A DNA stretch of 64,000 nt from an uncultured Alphaproteobacteria bacterium (GTDB taxonomy: Bacteria; Pseudomonadota; Alphaproteobacteria; Rhizobiales; Xanthobacteraceae), in NCBI GenBank assembly GCA_963725065.1, contig CAVRXD010000041.1, positions 12,185-76,184 of the forward strand, in the 5' to 3' direction. Position numbers and translations under genes: made by a program. This document shows, piece by piece, positions 10,871-21,311 of this stretch; position 1 is the stretch's first letter; every line of letters begins with the position of its first letter. The notes below the pieces were generated by a model. That model searched no databases and was not told the origin of the DNA. It saw only the letters and a list, made by a program, of their open reading frames with translations.

Positions 10871-11640
10871 GACCCGGTGCGCGCGATCAGGCCGCCGAAG
10901 CGGCGTTCGCGGCGGCGATATTCGATGATCGCGTTTTCGAGGGCCGCGCGGTCGAAATCCGGCCAATAGGTCGGCACGAATACGAGCTCGCTGTAGGCGG
11001 CCTGCCACAACAGGAAATTGGAGAGGCGCTGCTCGCCGCTGGTGCGGATGATGAGGTCCGGATCGGGCAAATCAGGCGCGTCGAGGTAGCTCGCGAGCTT
11101 GTCGGCCGTCACCGCGCTGACTGCCAGATCGCCGGCCGCCACGGCTGCCGCCATCTGCCGTGCCGCGCGCGCGATTTCCTGGCGGGCGCCGTAGTTGAAC
11201 GCGACCACCAGAACCAGCTTTTCGTTATGCTTGGTCAGTTCCTCGGCTTCGTCGAGCAGTCGTCGGATCTCGGGGTCCAGACTTTCCCGTTCCCCGATCA
11301 CGCGCACGCGCACGCCTTCGCGGTGGAGATCCGCAAGATCGTGGCGGATGAACCGGCGCAACAATCCCATCAGCTCACGGATTTCAGCCGCCGGTCGCGA
11401 CCAATTCTCGGCGCTGAAGGAGAAGATCGTCAAAAACCCGATGCCGAGGTCGCCTGCGGCGCGCACCGTGCGGCGCAGCGCCTCCACTCCGCGGCGGTGC
11501 CCCTCCCCGCGCGGCAATCCGCGCGCGGCCGCCCAGCGCCCGTTGCCATCCATGATGATGGCGACGTGCCTCGGCACGGCGAAATCGCCGATCTCGACAG
11601 TGCGCAGCGGCTCGGTCTTCGACATCGGCTTCGACCTCAC
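10867..11640 (-). CDS. uppS: isoprenyl transferase (undecaprenyl diphosphate synthase)
   Basis: 257-aa ORF with [13 protein letters not shown], ...[14 protein letters not shown]... and ...[21 protein letters not shown]... The start could be the GTG at 11640 (overlapping the frr stop) or the ATG at 11625. Confidence 0.9.
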   Translation of the reverse strand: MRSKPMSKTEPLRTVEIGDFAVPRHVAIIMDGNGRWAAARGLPRGEGHRRGVEALRRTVRAAGDLGIGFLTIFSFSAENWSRPAAEIRELMGLLRRFIRHDLADLHREGVRVRVIGERESLDPEIRRLLDEAEELTKHNEKLVLVVAFNYGARQEIARAARQMAAAVAAGDLAVSAVTADKLASYLDAPDLPDPDLIIRTSGEQRLSNFLLWQAAYSELVFVPTYWPDFDRAALENAIIEYRRRERRFGGLIARTGS

Positions 11641-12200
11641 ACCGTGAGGATTTCCTTTTCCTTCGCCGCCAACATCTTGTCGACCTCGGCGATCACTTCG
11701 TCGGTCGCCTTCTGGATCTGCTCGGAGGACCTCTTGCCGTCGTCTTCGCTGATCTTATGATCCTTTTCGAGCTTCTTCAGCACGTCAAGGCCATCGCGCC
11801 GTACGTGCCGGATCGCGACCCGCGCCCCTTCGGCATATTTGTGCGCGACCTTAACCAGGTCCCTGCGTCGCTCCTCGTTGAGTTCGGGGATCCGCAACCG
11901 CAGCACCTGGCCTTCGGTCGACGGCGTCAGGCCGAGATTGGAGGCAGCGATTGCCTTTTCCACCGCATGCACCATTGACCGGTCCCACACCTGCACCGAA
12001 AGGAGCCGCGGCTCCGGCACGCTGACCGTGGCGACCTGGTTGAGCGGCATGTGAGTGCCATAAGCCTCGACCTGCACCGGCTCCAGCAGGCTCGCCGACG
12101 CGCGCCCGGTGCGCAGCCCGCCCAATTCCTGCTTCAACAGCTGGATTGCGCCCTGCATGCGGCGCTTAAGCTCGTTCATGTCGTGCGTCGGGTTTGCCAT
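11637..12200 (-). CDS. frr: ribosome recycling factor
   Basis: 187 aa from the internal ATG ([35 protein letters not shown]...). The 62 upstream codons of the track ORF are Arg/Ser-rich junk. Conserved pyrH-frr-uppS order. Confidence 0.93.
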   Translation of the reverse strand: MANPTHDMNELKRRMQGAIQLLKQELGGLRTGRASASLLEPVQVEAYGTHMPLNQVATVSVPEPRLLSVQVWDRSMVHAVEKAIAASNLGLTPSTEGQVLRLRIPELNEERRRDLVKVAHKYAEGARVAIRHVRRDGLDVLKKLEKDHKISEDDGKRSSEQIQKATDEVIAEVDKMLAAKEKEILTV

Positions 12201-12279
12201 GGCGACCCTCCGAATACGTTGATCGATCCCGCGAGCGTGCCGCTTTCGTGTGGCGCCCCGGCCGCGGGATGCGACTGCC

Positions 12280-12996
12280 TCAATTGCCGACGAGAGTGGC
12301 GCGCCCGTTTCCGCGCAGCACAGCCGCGATCGCTCCTTTTTCGCGGATCGAGAACACGATGATAGGCATACGGTTCTCCTGGGCAAGCGCGAAGGCAGTG
12401 GTATCCATGACTTTCAGGTTGCGCTCGATCGCCTCCCGATGGGTCAAGCGCTCGTAACGCTTGGCATTTTTGTCCTTCTTCGGATCGGCGCTGTAGACGC
12501 CGTCGACATCGGTGGCCTTGAGCACCGCCTGCGCGCCGATCTCGGCCGCTCGCAACACGGCAGTGGTATCGGTGGTGAAGAATGGATTACCGGTGCCTGC
12601 GGCGAGTAGGACGATACGCCCCTCGTCGAGATGGCGCAGGGCTTGCCGCCGCTCATATGTCTCGCAGACTTCGGGCATGGCCAACGCCGACATGGTGCGG
12701 GCGCGAATTCCCGCCTTCTCGATCGCGCTCTCGAGCGCCAAGGCGTTCATGACGGTTGCGAGGATGCCCATCATGTCGCCGGTGACGCGCGGAATGCCTT
12801 GTTCGGATACTTTGACGCCCCGAAAGATGTTGCCGCCGCCCGCGACCACCGCAACCGCCACGCCCAGCGCTTGGGCGGCGACGAGATCGGCCGCGATGCC
12901 TTCGAGCGTCGGCTGATGGATGCCGAAAGCGTCAGGGCCCATCAACGCCTCGCCGGAGACCTTCACCACGACGCGCCGGTAGACGGGTTCTGTCAT
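12280..12996 (-). CDS. pyrH: UMP kinase
   Basis: 238-aa ORF with [15 protein letters not shown], ...[11 protein letters not shown]... and ...[15 protein letters not shown]... Confidence 0.93.
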   Translation of the reverse strand: MTEPVYRRVVVKVSGEALMGPDAFGIHQPTLEGIAADLVAAQALGVAVAVVAGGGNIFRGVKVSEQGIPRVTGDMMGILATVMNALALESAIEKAGIRARTMSALAMPEVCETYERRQALRHLDEGRIVLLAAGTGNPFFTTDTTAVLRAAEIGAQAVLKATDVDGVYSADPKKDKNAKRYERLTHREAIERNLKVMDTTAFALAQENRMPIIVFSIREKGAIAAVLRGNGRATLVGN

Positions 12997-13075
12997 GGCA
13001 GCTCCTGCGATCTACCGCCGGCGCAAGCGGCGCGACACGGCGAACGCATGGGTGGGAACACCGCTCAAAAAATGC

Positions 13076-13999
13076 TCAGGTCGATTTGACCAAGGCGGCG
13101 ACCTCGCCGCCGAAATCATTCTCCGGCCGGTCGATGCCTTCGCCCAGCGCGTAGCGCACGAATCCCGTCACCTTGATCGGACCGCCGGCCTTGCCCTCGG
13201 CTTCCTTGATCGCCTGCGAAACACTCTTGTCCGGCTCATGGATGTAGGCCTGATCGAGCAGGCAGACTTCCTTGTAGAAGGTCTTGAGTCCTGATTCGAC
13301 GATCTTTTCGACCACATTCGCAGGCTTTCCCTGCGCCTTGTACTTGTCCGCGAGCACATCCTTCTCGCGCCGGACCACCTCCGGGTCGAGACCGGAGGAA
13401 TCGATAGCCTGGGGATTGGATGCAGCGACATGCATCGCGACCATGCGGCCGAAGCGCTTGAGTTCGTCGGCCTTGCCCGTGGACTCAAGCGCCACCAGGA
13501 CCCCGATCTTGCCGAGGCCCTCCTCGACCGAGTTGTGCACATAGCTGGCGATGACGCCGGTCCCGACCGATAACTGCGACGCCCGCCGGAGCGTCATGTT
13601 CTCGCCGATCTTGGCGATGGTGTCGGCAATCGCGTCGGCGATGGTGATGTGACCCACCTTGGCCGCCTTGATCTTCTCCATGTCGGTTCCGACCGTGAGC
13701 GCGACATTGGCGATCATCTTCACCAAGCCCTGAAACAGATCGTTGCGCGCCACGAAATCGGTCTCGGAATTGACCTCGACCAGAACGCCCTTCGGTCCCT
13801 CCACGGCGAGGCCGATGAGACCTTCGGCGGCAATGCGGCCGGCCTTCTTGGCGGCTTTCGCGAGCCCCTTCTTGCGCAGCAGGTCGACGGCCTGCTCCAT
13901 GTCGCCGTTGGTCTCCTGCAGCGCCGCCTTGCAGTCCATCATGCCTGCGCCGGTGCGCTCACGGAGCTCCTTCACCATTTGCGCGGTGATATTGGCCAT
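13076..13999 (-). CDS. tsf: translation elongation factor Ts
   Basis: 307-aa ORF starting [27 protein letters not shown] (UBA-like N-terminus of EF-Ts), downstream of rpsB. Confidence 0.95.
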   Translation of the reverse strand: MANITAQMVKELRERTGAGMMDCKAALQETNGDMEQAVDLLRKKGLAKAAKKAGRIAAEGLIGLAVEGPKGVLVEVNSETDFVARNDLFQGLVKMIANVALTVGTDMEKIKAAKVGHITIADAIADTIAKIGENMTLRRASQLSVGTGVIASYVHNSVEEGLGKIGVLVALESTGKADELKRFGRMVAMHVAASNPQAIDSSGLDPEVVRREKDVLADKYKAQGKPANVVEKIVESGLKTFYKEVCLLDQAYIHEPDKSVSQAIKEAEGKAGGPIKVTGFVRYALGEGIDRPENDFGGEVAALVKST

Positions 14000-14065
14000 G
14001 ACTGTGATCCTCTATGCGTCATGGCCGCAGCTCGGCGGCCATCCGCGTCGTTCATTTCGTAAGTT

Positions 14066-14089
14066 GAAAGCCCGGGACAAGCCCCGGGC
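14066..14089 (-). terminator. hairpin in the rpsB-tsf spacer (possible attenuator)
   Basis: On the minus strand the sequence reads GCCCGGG-GCTTGT-CCCGGGC followed by TTTCAACTT: a 7-bp all-GC stem with a weak U-tract, 12 nt after the rpsB stop. Confidence 0.35.
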
Positions 14090-14101
14090 ATGCCGAGTGC
14101 G

Positions 14102-15094
14102 TTATTCCGCGGTCAGTTCTTTCGACTGCGCGATCCAGCCCTCCACGCGGGCAGGCAATCCGACCTCTTCGCCGATCGTGTGCGCCGCGTCGGGCCCCAG
14201 GCCCGCGATCTGCCAATAGTGGAAGATGCCGAGATCGTTGAACTTCTTCTCGATCGCGGGCGAGACGTGATGCAGCTTCTTGAGATCGTCGGCGACGCCG
14301 CGCGGACCGGACAGCACTTCATAGCCGGGGCCCTCCGCCGCCGCCGGCACCTCTTCGGCGATCGGCTCGGCCGCGGCGCCGGTATCGACGCCGAGTTCGC
14401 CCTGGGCCCGCGAGATGCCATCGATGGCGGCCTTCGCCACCAGATCGCAATAGAGCGTGATGGCGCGACTGGCATCGTCATTGCCGGGCACGACATAGGT
14501 GATGCCGTTGGGGTCGCAATTGGTATCCACGACGGCCGCGACCGGCACGCCAAGGCGCCTCGCCTCCTTGATGGCGATATCTTCCTTGTTGGTGTCGATC
14601 ACGAACAGGAGATCGGGCAGGCCGCCCATGTCCTTGATGCCGCCGAGCGCGCGATCGAGCTTGTCGCGCTCGCGCTGCAGCGTGAGCCGCTCCTTCTTGG
14701 TGTAGCCTTGCGACTCGCCGGAGCCGAGCATCTCGTCGAGCTTGCGCAGGCGCGAGATCGACTGCGAGATGGTCTTCCAGTTGGTGAGCGTGCCGCCGAG
14801 CCAGCGCGAATTGACGTAGTACTGCGCCGACTTCTTGGCCGCCTCGGCGATGGCGTCCTGCGCCTGACGCTTGGTGCCGACGAACAGGATCCGCCCGCCA
14901 TTGGCGACCGTGTCGCTCACCGCCTGCAGGGCGCGGTGCATCATCGGCACGGATTGGGCGAGATCGATGATATGGATGTTGTTGCGGGCGCCGAAGATGT
15001 ACTCGGCCATCTTCGGATTCCAGCGATGAGCCTGATGGCCGAAATGCACGCCAGCTTCCAGGAGCTGGCGCATAGAGAAGTCAGGAAGCGACAT
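14102..15094 (-). CDS. rpsB: 30S ribosomal protein S2 with a roughly 90-aa C-terminal extension
   Basis: 330-aa ORF with [19 protein letters not shown], ...FVGTKRQA... and ...[33 protein letters not shown]... The S2 core ends near residue 235 and an extra C-terminal module follows. Confidence 0.95.
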   Translation of the reverse strand: MSLPDFSMRQLLEAGVHFGHQAHRWNPKMAEYIFGARNNIHIIDLAQSVPMMHRALQAVSDTVANGGRILFVGTKRQAQDAIAEAAKKSAQYYVNSRWLGGTLTNWKTISQSISRLRKLDEMLGSGESQGYTKKERLTLQRERDKLDRALGGIKDMGGLPDLLFVIDTNKEDIAIKEARRLGVPVAAVVDTNCDPNGITYVVPGNDDASRAITLYCDLVAKAAIDGISRAQGELGVDTGAAAEPIAEEVPAAAEGPGYEVLSGPRGVADDLKKLHHVSPAIEKKFNDLGIFHYWQIAGLGPDAAHTIGEEVGLPARVEGWIAQSKELTAE

Positions 15095-15260
15095 ATGTAT
15101 TCTCCGGTTGAGCCGCCGCGGACCCGTGAGCTCCCTCTGGCCTAGCGGTCAGAATGAGCCACCGGACGGCTGTAAGGCCAAGGTCCGCGTGTGAGATGAC
15201 CGGGCTTATATAGGCATGAATCGGCCGGCGCAAGGATCGCCTGGGCGATCCCGGCGGCGG

Positions 15261-16229
15261 TCAATCCAGCTTGATATTCAGGCGCTTGATCAGGGGCGCC
15301 CAGGCCTCGCCGGTCTTGCGCATGATCGCCGCCGCGGCGTCGGGGGTGAGCGCCGTCGGGTCGTAGCCGATACTGGCAAAACGCGCCTTCAGGGCCGGAT
15401 CCCCGACGATTTTGTTGAGTTCGCCGTTGAGGAGGGAAATGACGTCCGTCGGCGTCGCCGCGGGCGCGTACAGCATGAAATGAACGCCGGCGTCGAGGCC
15501 GGGCAGCCCCTGCTCGGCGATGGTCGCCACCTCGGGCATCAGGTCCGAGCGGGTGGGCTGGACGACGGCCAGCGGCTTGAGCTCGCCTCCCTTCACGAAC
15601 TGGATCACCGAGCCGGCGGCGAAACTGCCGAAGTCGACACGCGCGGCGATCAGATCGGTGGCGGCCTGGGCGCCGCCTTTGTAGACCACGTGCACGAACT
15701 TGCCGCCGGTGCGCTGCGCCATCTCCTCGACCGCCAGATGCTGCAGCAGCCCGTAGCCGGCGGTGCTGAAGCTCGAGCCGTCCGGGCGCTGCCTGCTCAG
15801 TTGCACGAGGCCCTTGAGGTCGTCGGCCGGCAGCGATTTCGGCGCGACCAGCAGGGTCGGGGTCACGCCGATCCCACCGACCGGCGCCAAATCCTTGACC
15901 GGGTCGAACCCGAGCTTGCTGAAGCTGGACGGAAAGGTCGCGAGCACGGCGGCATTGACCAGCAGCGTGCAGCCGTCGGGCTTGGCGTTGACCACCGCGG
16001 CCGTCCCGATATTGCCGGTCGCCCCTGGCCGGTTCTCGATCACGAAGCTCTTTTTCAGGCCGGCCTCGAGGCGATCGGCCACCAGCCGGGCCGCGACGTC
16101 CGCCGCCCCGCCGGCCGGATAGGGGACGATCACCGTGACGCGCGGACAATCGAAGTCCGCCGCGAGGGCGGAGGCTGTTCCCCATCCAAGTGCGCACAGC
16201 ACGGCAAGACATCGCGCAGGCAAATTCAA
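15261..16229 (-). CDS. Bug-family (TctC-like) tripartite tricarboxylate transporter solute-binding protein
   Basis: The start is set at a TTG 5 nt after GGAGGA. There is a signal peptide (LNLPARCLAVLCALGWGTASALA), then RVTVIVPYPAGGAADVAARL...ENRPGATGNIG...KPDGCTLLV, the Bug/TctC hallmarks. The upstream 80 codons of the track ORF are not protein-like. Confidence 0.8.
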   Translation of the reverse strand: MNLPARCLAVLCALGWGTASALAADFDCPRVTVIVPYPAGGAADVAARLVADRLEAGLKKSFVIENRPGATGNIGTAAVVNAKPDGCTLLVNAAVLATFPSSFSKLGFDPVKDLAPVGGIGVTPTLLVAPKSLPADDLKGLVQLSRQRPDGSSFSTAGYGLLQHLAVEEMAQRTGGKFVHVVYKGGAQAATDLIAARVDFGSFAAGSVIQFVKGGELKPLAVVQPTRSDLMPEVATIAEQGLPGLDAGVHFMLYAPAATPTDVISLLNGELNKIVGDPALKARFASIGYDPTALTPDAAAAIMRKTGEAWAPLIKRLNIKLD

Positions 16230-16293
16230 GGTATCCTCCCGTGATACGGCCGGCCGGATTTCGCTGCAGCTTCGCTGCGGCGATCCGGGCTCG

Positions 16294-17412
16294 TTAGTTC
16301 TGCGGATCGAGCCGTCGGAACTTTTGTATCCGCTGCCCGGTATTGACCTCTGCGGTGTAGATGTTTCCCTGACCGTCGGCGGCGATGTTGTGCAGCGCCG
16401 TGAATTGCCCGACCTGCCGCCCGGGGCGGCCGAAGCGGCCCAGCGTCTCCTTCGAGGCGCGGTCGACAATGCGGACCTCGCCGTTCATTCCATCGATCAT
16501 GTAGATGAACGTCTGCTCCTTGTCAGGCGAGAACGCGAGATCGTAGACCGAGCCGGTGCCGCGCGTCGCCTTCTCGTAGATGTGCTCGGAAACGAAGGTC
16601 CCGTCCTTGCGGAAGATTTGCAGGCGATCGTTGGTGCGGTCGCAGGCGTAGACAAGCCCGTCCTTGTCGATGCGGATGCAGTGCACCGGGTTGCCGAACT
16701 GCTGCGACGCAGGCCTGGCCGGATCGTATGGCGGCGTCTTCTCGTCGCTGGGCGGTTTGCCGTAGGCGCCCCAGTGGCGCTTGTAGGCGCCGGTCTCGGA
16801 ATCGAACACGACCACACGCCGGTTGCCGTAGCCATCGGCCGCGAACACTTCCTTCGCGGCGACGTCCACAGCAACGTCGGCCGGAGACCCCAGCCGCTCG
16901 GTCGAATTGCTGTCGTTGCCCTGTCCCGACTTGCCGATCTGCAGGACGAACTTGCCGTCCATGGTGAACTTGAGGAGTTGTCCGTCCTTCTTGCCGTTGC
17001 CGGCAAGCCAAACGAAATCATTGGCGTCGACGAAGATGCCGTGCTCGCTCTCGGGCCATTGATAGCCCTGCCCCGGTCCGCCCCAGTGACGGAGCAGGTT
17101 GCCGGACTGGTCGAACACCAGCACCGGCGGAGCGGCAACACAGCATCTCGCTTCCGGCGGATTCTGTTCGGCCGCGCGTTCGCGCGGCGTCAGCGAAGTC
17201 GGCCGATGCACCACCCAGATCCGATCATACTTGTCGGTGGCGATGCCGGAGACCTGCCCGAGCAGCCAGTTGTTCGGCAACGGCTTGGGCCAGAACGGAT
17301 CGACTTGGAACTGCGGCACGGTGGCGGCGTTCTGGGCCGGCGCGGCAACGGCGACAAACGCCATCGCGGCGCCAAGGCAGATTGCGCGAAGCCATGCGCT
17401 CATGATTTTCAT
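16294..17412 (-). CDS. secreted NHL-repeat / PAL-like six-bladed beta-propeller protein
   Basis: The start MKIMSAW is preceded by GGGAGA. There is a signal peptide (LRAICLGAAMAFVAVAAPAQ) and repeated blade-like units (GIATDKYDRIWVV, HGIFVDANDFVWLA, PADVAVDVAAKEVFAADGYGNRRVVVFD, VHCIRIDKDGLVYACDRTNDRLQIF, HNIAADGQGNIYTAEV). The function is not assignable from sequence. Confidence 0.65.
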   Translation of the reverse strand: MKIMSAWLRAICLGAAMAFVAVAAPAQNAATVPQFQVDPFWPKPLPNNWLLGQVSGIATDKYDRIWVVHRPTSLTPRERAAEQNPPEARCCVAAPPVLVFDQSGNLLRHWGGPGQGYQWPESEHGIFVDANDFVWLAGNGKKDGQLLKFTMDGKFVLQIGKSGQGNDSNSTERLGSPADVAVDVAAKEVFAADGYGNRRVVVFDSETGAYKRHWGAYGKPPSDEKTPPYDPARPASQQFGNPVHCIRIDKDGLVYACDRTNDRLQIFRKDGTFVSEHIYEKATRGTGSVYDLAFSPDKEQTFIYMIDGMNGEVRIVDRASKETLGRFGRPGRQVGQFTALHNIAADGQGNIYTAEVNTGQRIQKFRRLDPQN

Positions 17413-17506
17413 CTGCTTTCTCCCGGGCGGGCGTGGCGGCATCCACCGGCTCCGACGATGGAGGGGCCGCACGCTGGGATCGCAGGCTAGCGCGGCTGCG
17501 GAAGGA

Positions 17507-20500
17507 TTACACCGCCTCGACCGCGACCACCCCGGGCACCGCCTTGATGGCGCCGGCGATCTGCGGAGACACCCTGAAACGTCCGGGGAGCTTGACCTCG
17601 ACCTCGGTCCCCTCGCCCAGCATCAGCACCAGCGCCACCTCCCCCTGGTCCTGCGCCACGCGGCCCGCGCTGGGAGCCTCGAGCCGCTTGGCCACGCTCT
17701 CGATCGGCGCCTCCGCGCGCAGGAACACCCGCAGGCCCTTGGAGAGCTTGGCCGCCGCCTGGTCGAGCGGCTCCACCATCTGGATGCGCGCACGCACATC
17801 GTCGCCCTGCAGTTCCGCCGACAGCATCAGCAGCACAGCCGCGCCCGGCTCGAGCAGATCGCGGAATTGCGCCAGGCCTTCGGAGAAGAGGACGGCCTCG
17901 TAATGACCGGTCGGATCGGACAGCCCGATGATGCCCATCTTGCTGCCGGTGCGCGTGCGCCGTTCAGTGCGCGCGACCACGGTGCCGGCGACGCGCCCCA
18001 CATTCGCGCCGGTGCGCACCGAGCGCGCAAACTCGGCCCACGACTGCACCCGCATGCGCTTGAGCGTGGCAGCGTAATCATCGAGCGGATGACCGGTGAG
18101 AAAAAAGCCGATGGCATCGAACTCCTTCTGCAGCCGTTCGGCCGGAAGCCAGGGCTCGATGTCGCCGAGCGCGAGCGGCATGTGGGCGGGTCCGCTGCCG
18201 AACAGTTCCGACTGTCCCACGGCGACGTCCTCGTGGGCGCGCTGCGCGGTCGCGAGCATGGTGTCGACGGTCGCGAACACACGGGCGCGATTTCCTTCCA
18301 GCGCGTCGAACGCGCCGGCGGCAGCCAGGCTCTCCAGCACGCGCTTGTTGACGGCATGCGGGTCGACCCGTCCGGCAAAATCGGCGAGACTGGAAAACGG
18401 GCGCGCGCCGCGCGCGGCGACGATCGCCTCGACGGCCTGGCGGCCGACGCCTTTGAGCGCGGCGAGCGCGTAGTGGATGGTGCTGCCTTCCACCTCGAAG
18501 GCCACGCCCGAGCGGTTGATCGAGGGCGGCTCGACCTTCACGCCGAGGCGCACGGCCTCGGCACGGAATTCCGAGAGCTTGTCGGTGTTGCCCATGTCGA
18601 GGGTCATCGAAGCCGCGAGAAACTCGACCGGATGGTTCGTCTTCATGTAGGCGGTCTGGTAGGCGACGAGCGCGTAGGCGGCGGCGTGACTCTTGTTGAA
18701 GCCGTAATCGGCGAAACGCTCGAGCAATTCGAAGATCATTTCGGCCTGGCCGCGATCGATGTCGCGCTCGACGCATCCCGACACGAAGCGGGTACGCTGC
18801 TTCTGCATCTCGCTGCGGATTTTCTTGCCCATCGCGCGACGCAGCAGGTCGGCTTCGCCGAGCGAATAGCCCGCGAGAATTTGCGCCGCCTGCATCACCT
18901 GTTCCTGGTAGACGATCACGCCGAAGGTTTCGCGCAGGATCGGCTCCAGCTTGGGATGGATGTAGTCGGGCTCCTCCATGCGGTGCTTGCGCGCGCAGTA
19001 GGTTGGGATGTTGGCCATCGGGCCCGGTCGATAGAGCGCGACCAGCGCGATGATGTCCTCGAAGCGGTCCGGGCGCATGTCGAGCAGGGCGCGCCGCATG
19101 CCCTGACTTTCCAGTTGGAAGATGCCCACCGCTTCGGCGCGGGCGAGCATGGCGTAGGTTTTTTCGTCGTCGAGCGGGATCGCCGCAAGATCGATGTCGA
19201 TGTCGCGCTTGCGCAGCAGCGCGACCGCCGTCTGCAACACGGTAAGTGTCTTGAGCCCGAGAAAATCGAACTTCACCAGGCCCGCCTGCTCGACCCATTT
19301 CATGTTGAACTGGGTCACCGGCATGTTGGACTTCGGGTCGCGGTAGAGCGGCACCATCTCGGTGAGCGGCCGCTCTCCGATCACGATCCCGGCGGCGTGC
19401 GTGGAGGCGTGGCGGTGCAGGCCTTCGAGCCGCTGCGCGATGTCGAAGGCGCGCGCGACCACCGGATCGCTCTCGCGCGCGGCCTGCAGCCGCGGCTCGT
19501 CGTCGATGGCGCGGCCGAGCGTGACCGGATTGAGCGGGTTCTGCGGCACGAGCTTGCAGAACTTGTCGACCTGGCCGTACGGCATCTGCAGCACGCGGCC
19601 GACGTCGCGCAGCACGCCGCGCGCCTGCAGCGTGCCGAAGGTGATGATCTGCGCGACGCGATCGCGGCCGTAGCGCTCCTGCACATAGCCGATGACCTCG
19701 TCGCGGCGGTCCTGGCAGAAGTCGATGTCGAAGTCGGGCATCGACACGCGCTCGGGATTGAGGAAGCGCTCGAACAGCAGCCCGAAACGCATGGGGTCGA
19801 GGTCGGTGATGGTGAGCGCATAGGAGACGAGCGATCCCGCTCCCGAGCCGCGGCCCGGCCCGACCGGGATGCCCTGCCCTTTCGCCCATTGGATGAAGTC
19901 GGAGACGATGAGGAAGTAGCCGGGATATTTCATGCCGGCGATCACGTTGAGCTCGAAGGCCAGCCGCTCGCGATAGTCCTCGACCGTGCGGCTGGGCGCG
20001 ATGCCGTGGTTGCTGATCCGCTGCTCGAGTCCGGCCTCGGCGCGCTTGCGCAGCTCCGCCGCCTCGTCGACCGCGGCGCCCTCGCTGCCCACGGAGAATC
20101 GCGGCAGGATCGGCGCCTGCACGCGCGGCCGGAAGGCGCAGCGCTGCGCGATCTCGACCGTCGAGGCGATGGCCTCGGGAAGGTCCGCGAACAACTCTGT
20201 CATTTCCGCGCGGGTCTTGAACCGGTGCTCGGGCGTGAGCTGGCGCCGGTCGGTCTCGACCATGAGCCGCCCTTCGGCGATGCAGATCAGCGCATCATGG
20301 GCCTCGTAGTCCTCCCGGCGCGCGAACAACGGTTCGTTGCTGGCGACGAGCGGGATCCCGCGCGCATAGGCGAGCTCGACCAGCGCCGGCTCCGCGCTGC
20401 GTTCCGCGGTCGTGCCGTGCCGCTGCAGTTCGATGTAGAGCCGGTCGCCGAAGAGCCGCTGAAGGGCCTCGCAGCGCCCGTTCGCCAGTTGCGCCTGACC

Positions 20501-20959
20501 GGCGAGCACGGCGGCGTCGAGCGGCCCGCCCGGGCCTCCGGTCAGCGCGATCAAGCCGGCGCTCTCGTCCTCGAGCCAGGCCAGCTTCAGGTGAGGCTGC
20601 TCATTCGGCTCGGTTTCGAGGAACGCGCGCGAGTTCAGGCGCATCAGGCTGCGGTAGCCGCTCTCGCGCGCGGCCAGAAGAACGATGCGCGGGCGCTCCA
20701 GCATCGGACCCGTGCCGGGACGTGGACCGCTGTCCTGATCGAGAAAATCGATTGCGAGCGCGCAGCCGATGATCGGCTGAATGCCCGCCGCTGCCATCTT
20801 GTCGGAGAATTCGAGCGCCCCGAACATGTTGTCGGTGTCGGTGAGCGCGAGCGCGGGCTGGCGGTCGGCCTTGGCGAGCTCGGCCAGCCGCGCAATCGTC
20901 AAAGCGCCCTCCAGCAAGGAGTAGGACGAGTGCACATGCAGATGGACGAAGCCCGGCAT
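17507..20959 (-). CDS. dnaE: DNA polymerase III alpha subunit
   Basis: 1150-aa ORF with the PHP domain start MPGFVHLHVHSSYSLLEGAL, ...MPDFDIDFCQDRRDEVI... (palm), ...FNKSHAAAYA... and a C-terminal OB region. Confidence 0.95.
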   Translation of the reverse strand: MPGFVHLHVHSSYSLLEGALTIARLAELAKADRQPALALTDTDNMFGALEFSDKMAAAGIQPIIGCALAIDFLDQDSGPRPGTGPMLERPRIVLLAARESGYRSLMRLNSRAFLETEPNEQPHLKLAWLEDESAGLIALTGGPGGPLDAAVLAGQAQLANGRCEALQRLFGDRLYIELQRHGTTAERSAEPALVELAYARGIPLVASNEPLFARREDYEAHDALICIAEGRLMVETDRRQLTPEHRFKTRAEMTELFADLPEAIASTVEIAQRCAFRPRVQAPILPRFSVGSEGAAVDEAAELRKRAEAGLEQRISNHGIAPSRTVEDYRERLAFELNVIAGMKYPGYFLIVSDFIQWAKGQGIPVGPGRGSGAGSLVSYALTITDLDPMRFGLLFERFLNPERVSMPDFDIDFCQDRRDEVIGYVQERYGRDRVAQIITFGTLQARGVLRDVGRVLQMPYGQVDKFCKLVPQNPLNPVTLGRAIDDEPRLQAARESDPVVARAFDIAQRLEGLHRHASTHAAGIVIGERPLTEMVPLYRDPKSNMPVTQFNMKWVEQAGLVKFDFLGLKTLTVLQTAVALLRKRDIDIDLAAIPLDDEKTYAMLARAEAVGIFQLESQGMRRALLDMRPDRFEDIIALVALYRPGPMANIPTYCARKHRMEEPDYIHPKLEPILRETFGVIVYQEQVMQAAQILAGYSLGEADLLRRAMGKKIRSEMQKQRTRFVSGCVERDIDRGQAEMIFELLERFADYGFNKSHAAAYALVAYQTAYMKTNHPVEFLAASMTLDMGNTDKLSEFRAEAVRLGVKVEPPSINRSGVAFEVEGSTIHYALAALKGVGRQAVEAIVAARGARPFSSLADFAGRVDPHAVNKRVLESLAAAGAFDALEGNRARVFATVDTMLATAQRAHEDVAVGQSELFGSGPAHMPLALGDIEPWLPAERLQKEFDAIGFFLTGHPLDDYAATLKRMRVQSWAEFARSVRTGANVGRVAGTVVARTERRTRTGSKMGIIGLSDPTGHYEAVLFSEGLAQFRDLLEPGAAVLLMLSAELQGDDVRARIQMVEPLDQAAAKLSKGLRVFLRAEAPIESVAKRLEAPSAGRVAQDQGEVALVLMLGEGTEVEVKLPGRFRVSPQIAGAIKAVPGVVAVEAV

Positions 20960-21158
20960 TCAACCCTCGCGATTCTCGCTGCAGGCGAATGTGGGGGCGA
21001 GGTGCGGGCGGTGTCTACTGTGGGCGCCGTCGGGGACGACCTGATGCGGCTTATCCCCAGACTCTTGTTCCCGGACTTTGGGGTTCATATCCCGGGCTTG
21101 CCGCCCGGGCTCTGGGTTGGCGGGTTGTCGGGCTGATCGGCCCGCCCTCGGCAGCGCC

Positions 21159-21257
21159 TCAGAGGGTCGCGATGACCTGCGCCCAGATCGCAATCATACC
21201 CAGAAACAGCGCCAGCGAGGCGAGCGTGGCAGCTTCTTCAACGACGGCCCGAACCAT
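21159..21257 (-). CDS. candidate 32-aa hydrophobic small protein (too short for the ORF track)
   Basis: ATG at 21257 sits 7 nt after AGGAG. The translation is MVRAVVEEAATLASLALFLGMIAIWAQVIATL, then TGA at 21159-21161: one predicted TM helix after a short acidic N-terminus. A promoter-like element with twin LexA-type boxes lies 20-60 nt upstream, and dnaE starts 199 nt downstream on the same strand. Confidence 0.45.
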   Translation of the reverse strand: MVRAVVEEAATLASLALFLGMIAIWAQVIATL

Positions 21258-21278
21258 GATCCAACTCCTGCACAACAA

Positions 21279-21311
21279 GAACAGGACATGAACATAGTTC
21301 ATGCTCTGTTC
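21279..21311 (-). promoter_or_regulatory. twin LexA-type operators (GAAC-N7-GAAC, 3 nt, GTTC-N7-GTTC)
   Basis: The plus strand reads GAACAGGACATGAAC ATA GTTCATGCTCTGTTC. Both halves fit the alphaproteobacterial SOS-box direct repeat exactly. Together they form a near-perfect 33-nt palindrome centred on the putative -10. Confidence 0.55.

Noticed and set aside
12201-12386. N-terminal extensions offered by the ORF track for frr. The same applies to nuoF (to 44732), lon (to 58721), the Bug genes (to 16469, 29493 and 55951), the propeller protein (to 53351), the BKACE gene (from 48449), mce, proS, lolC, nuoH/J/G/A/B and hup.
   Set aside because: The extensions are Arg/Ser/Pro-rich, overlap the upstream gene, or lack an SD. 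In each case an internal ATG, GTG or TTG with a good SD gives the canonical protein N-terminus or a signal peptide.
15180-15260. A possible rpsB promoter on the minus strand, CTTGCG-N15-CTATAT.
   Set aside because: The -10 is a perfect CTATAT, but the spacer is 2 nt shorter than the consensus and the -35 is weak. The evidence is too uncertain to list as a feature.
17099-21136. A 1345-aa plus-strand ORF, the longest ORF in the track.
   Set aside because: It lies entirely antisense to dnaE. The sequence is Arg/Gly/Ala/His-rich with no recognisable domain. It is a typical shadow ORF of a high-GC gene whose codon third positions suppress stops on the opposite strand.
20960-21193. A 77-aa minus-strand ORF ending exactly at the dnaE start (TGAATG), which could be a dnaE uORF.
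   Set aside because: It is basic and low-complexity with no SD, and it overlaps the better-supported 32-codon ORF in another frame. Open frames of this length are expected by chance at this GC content.
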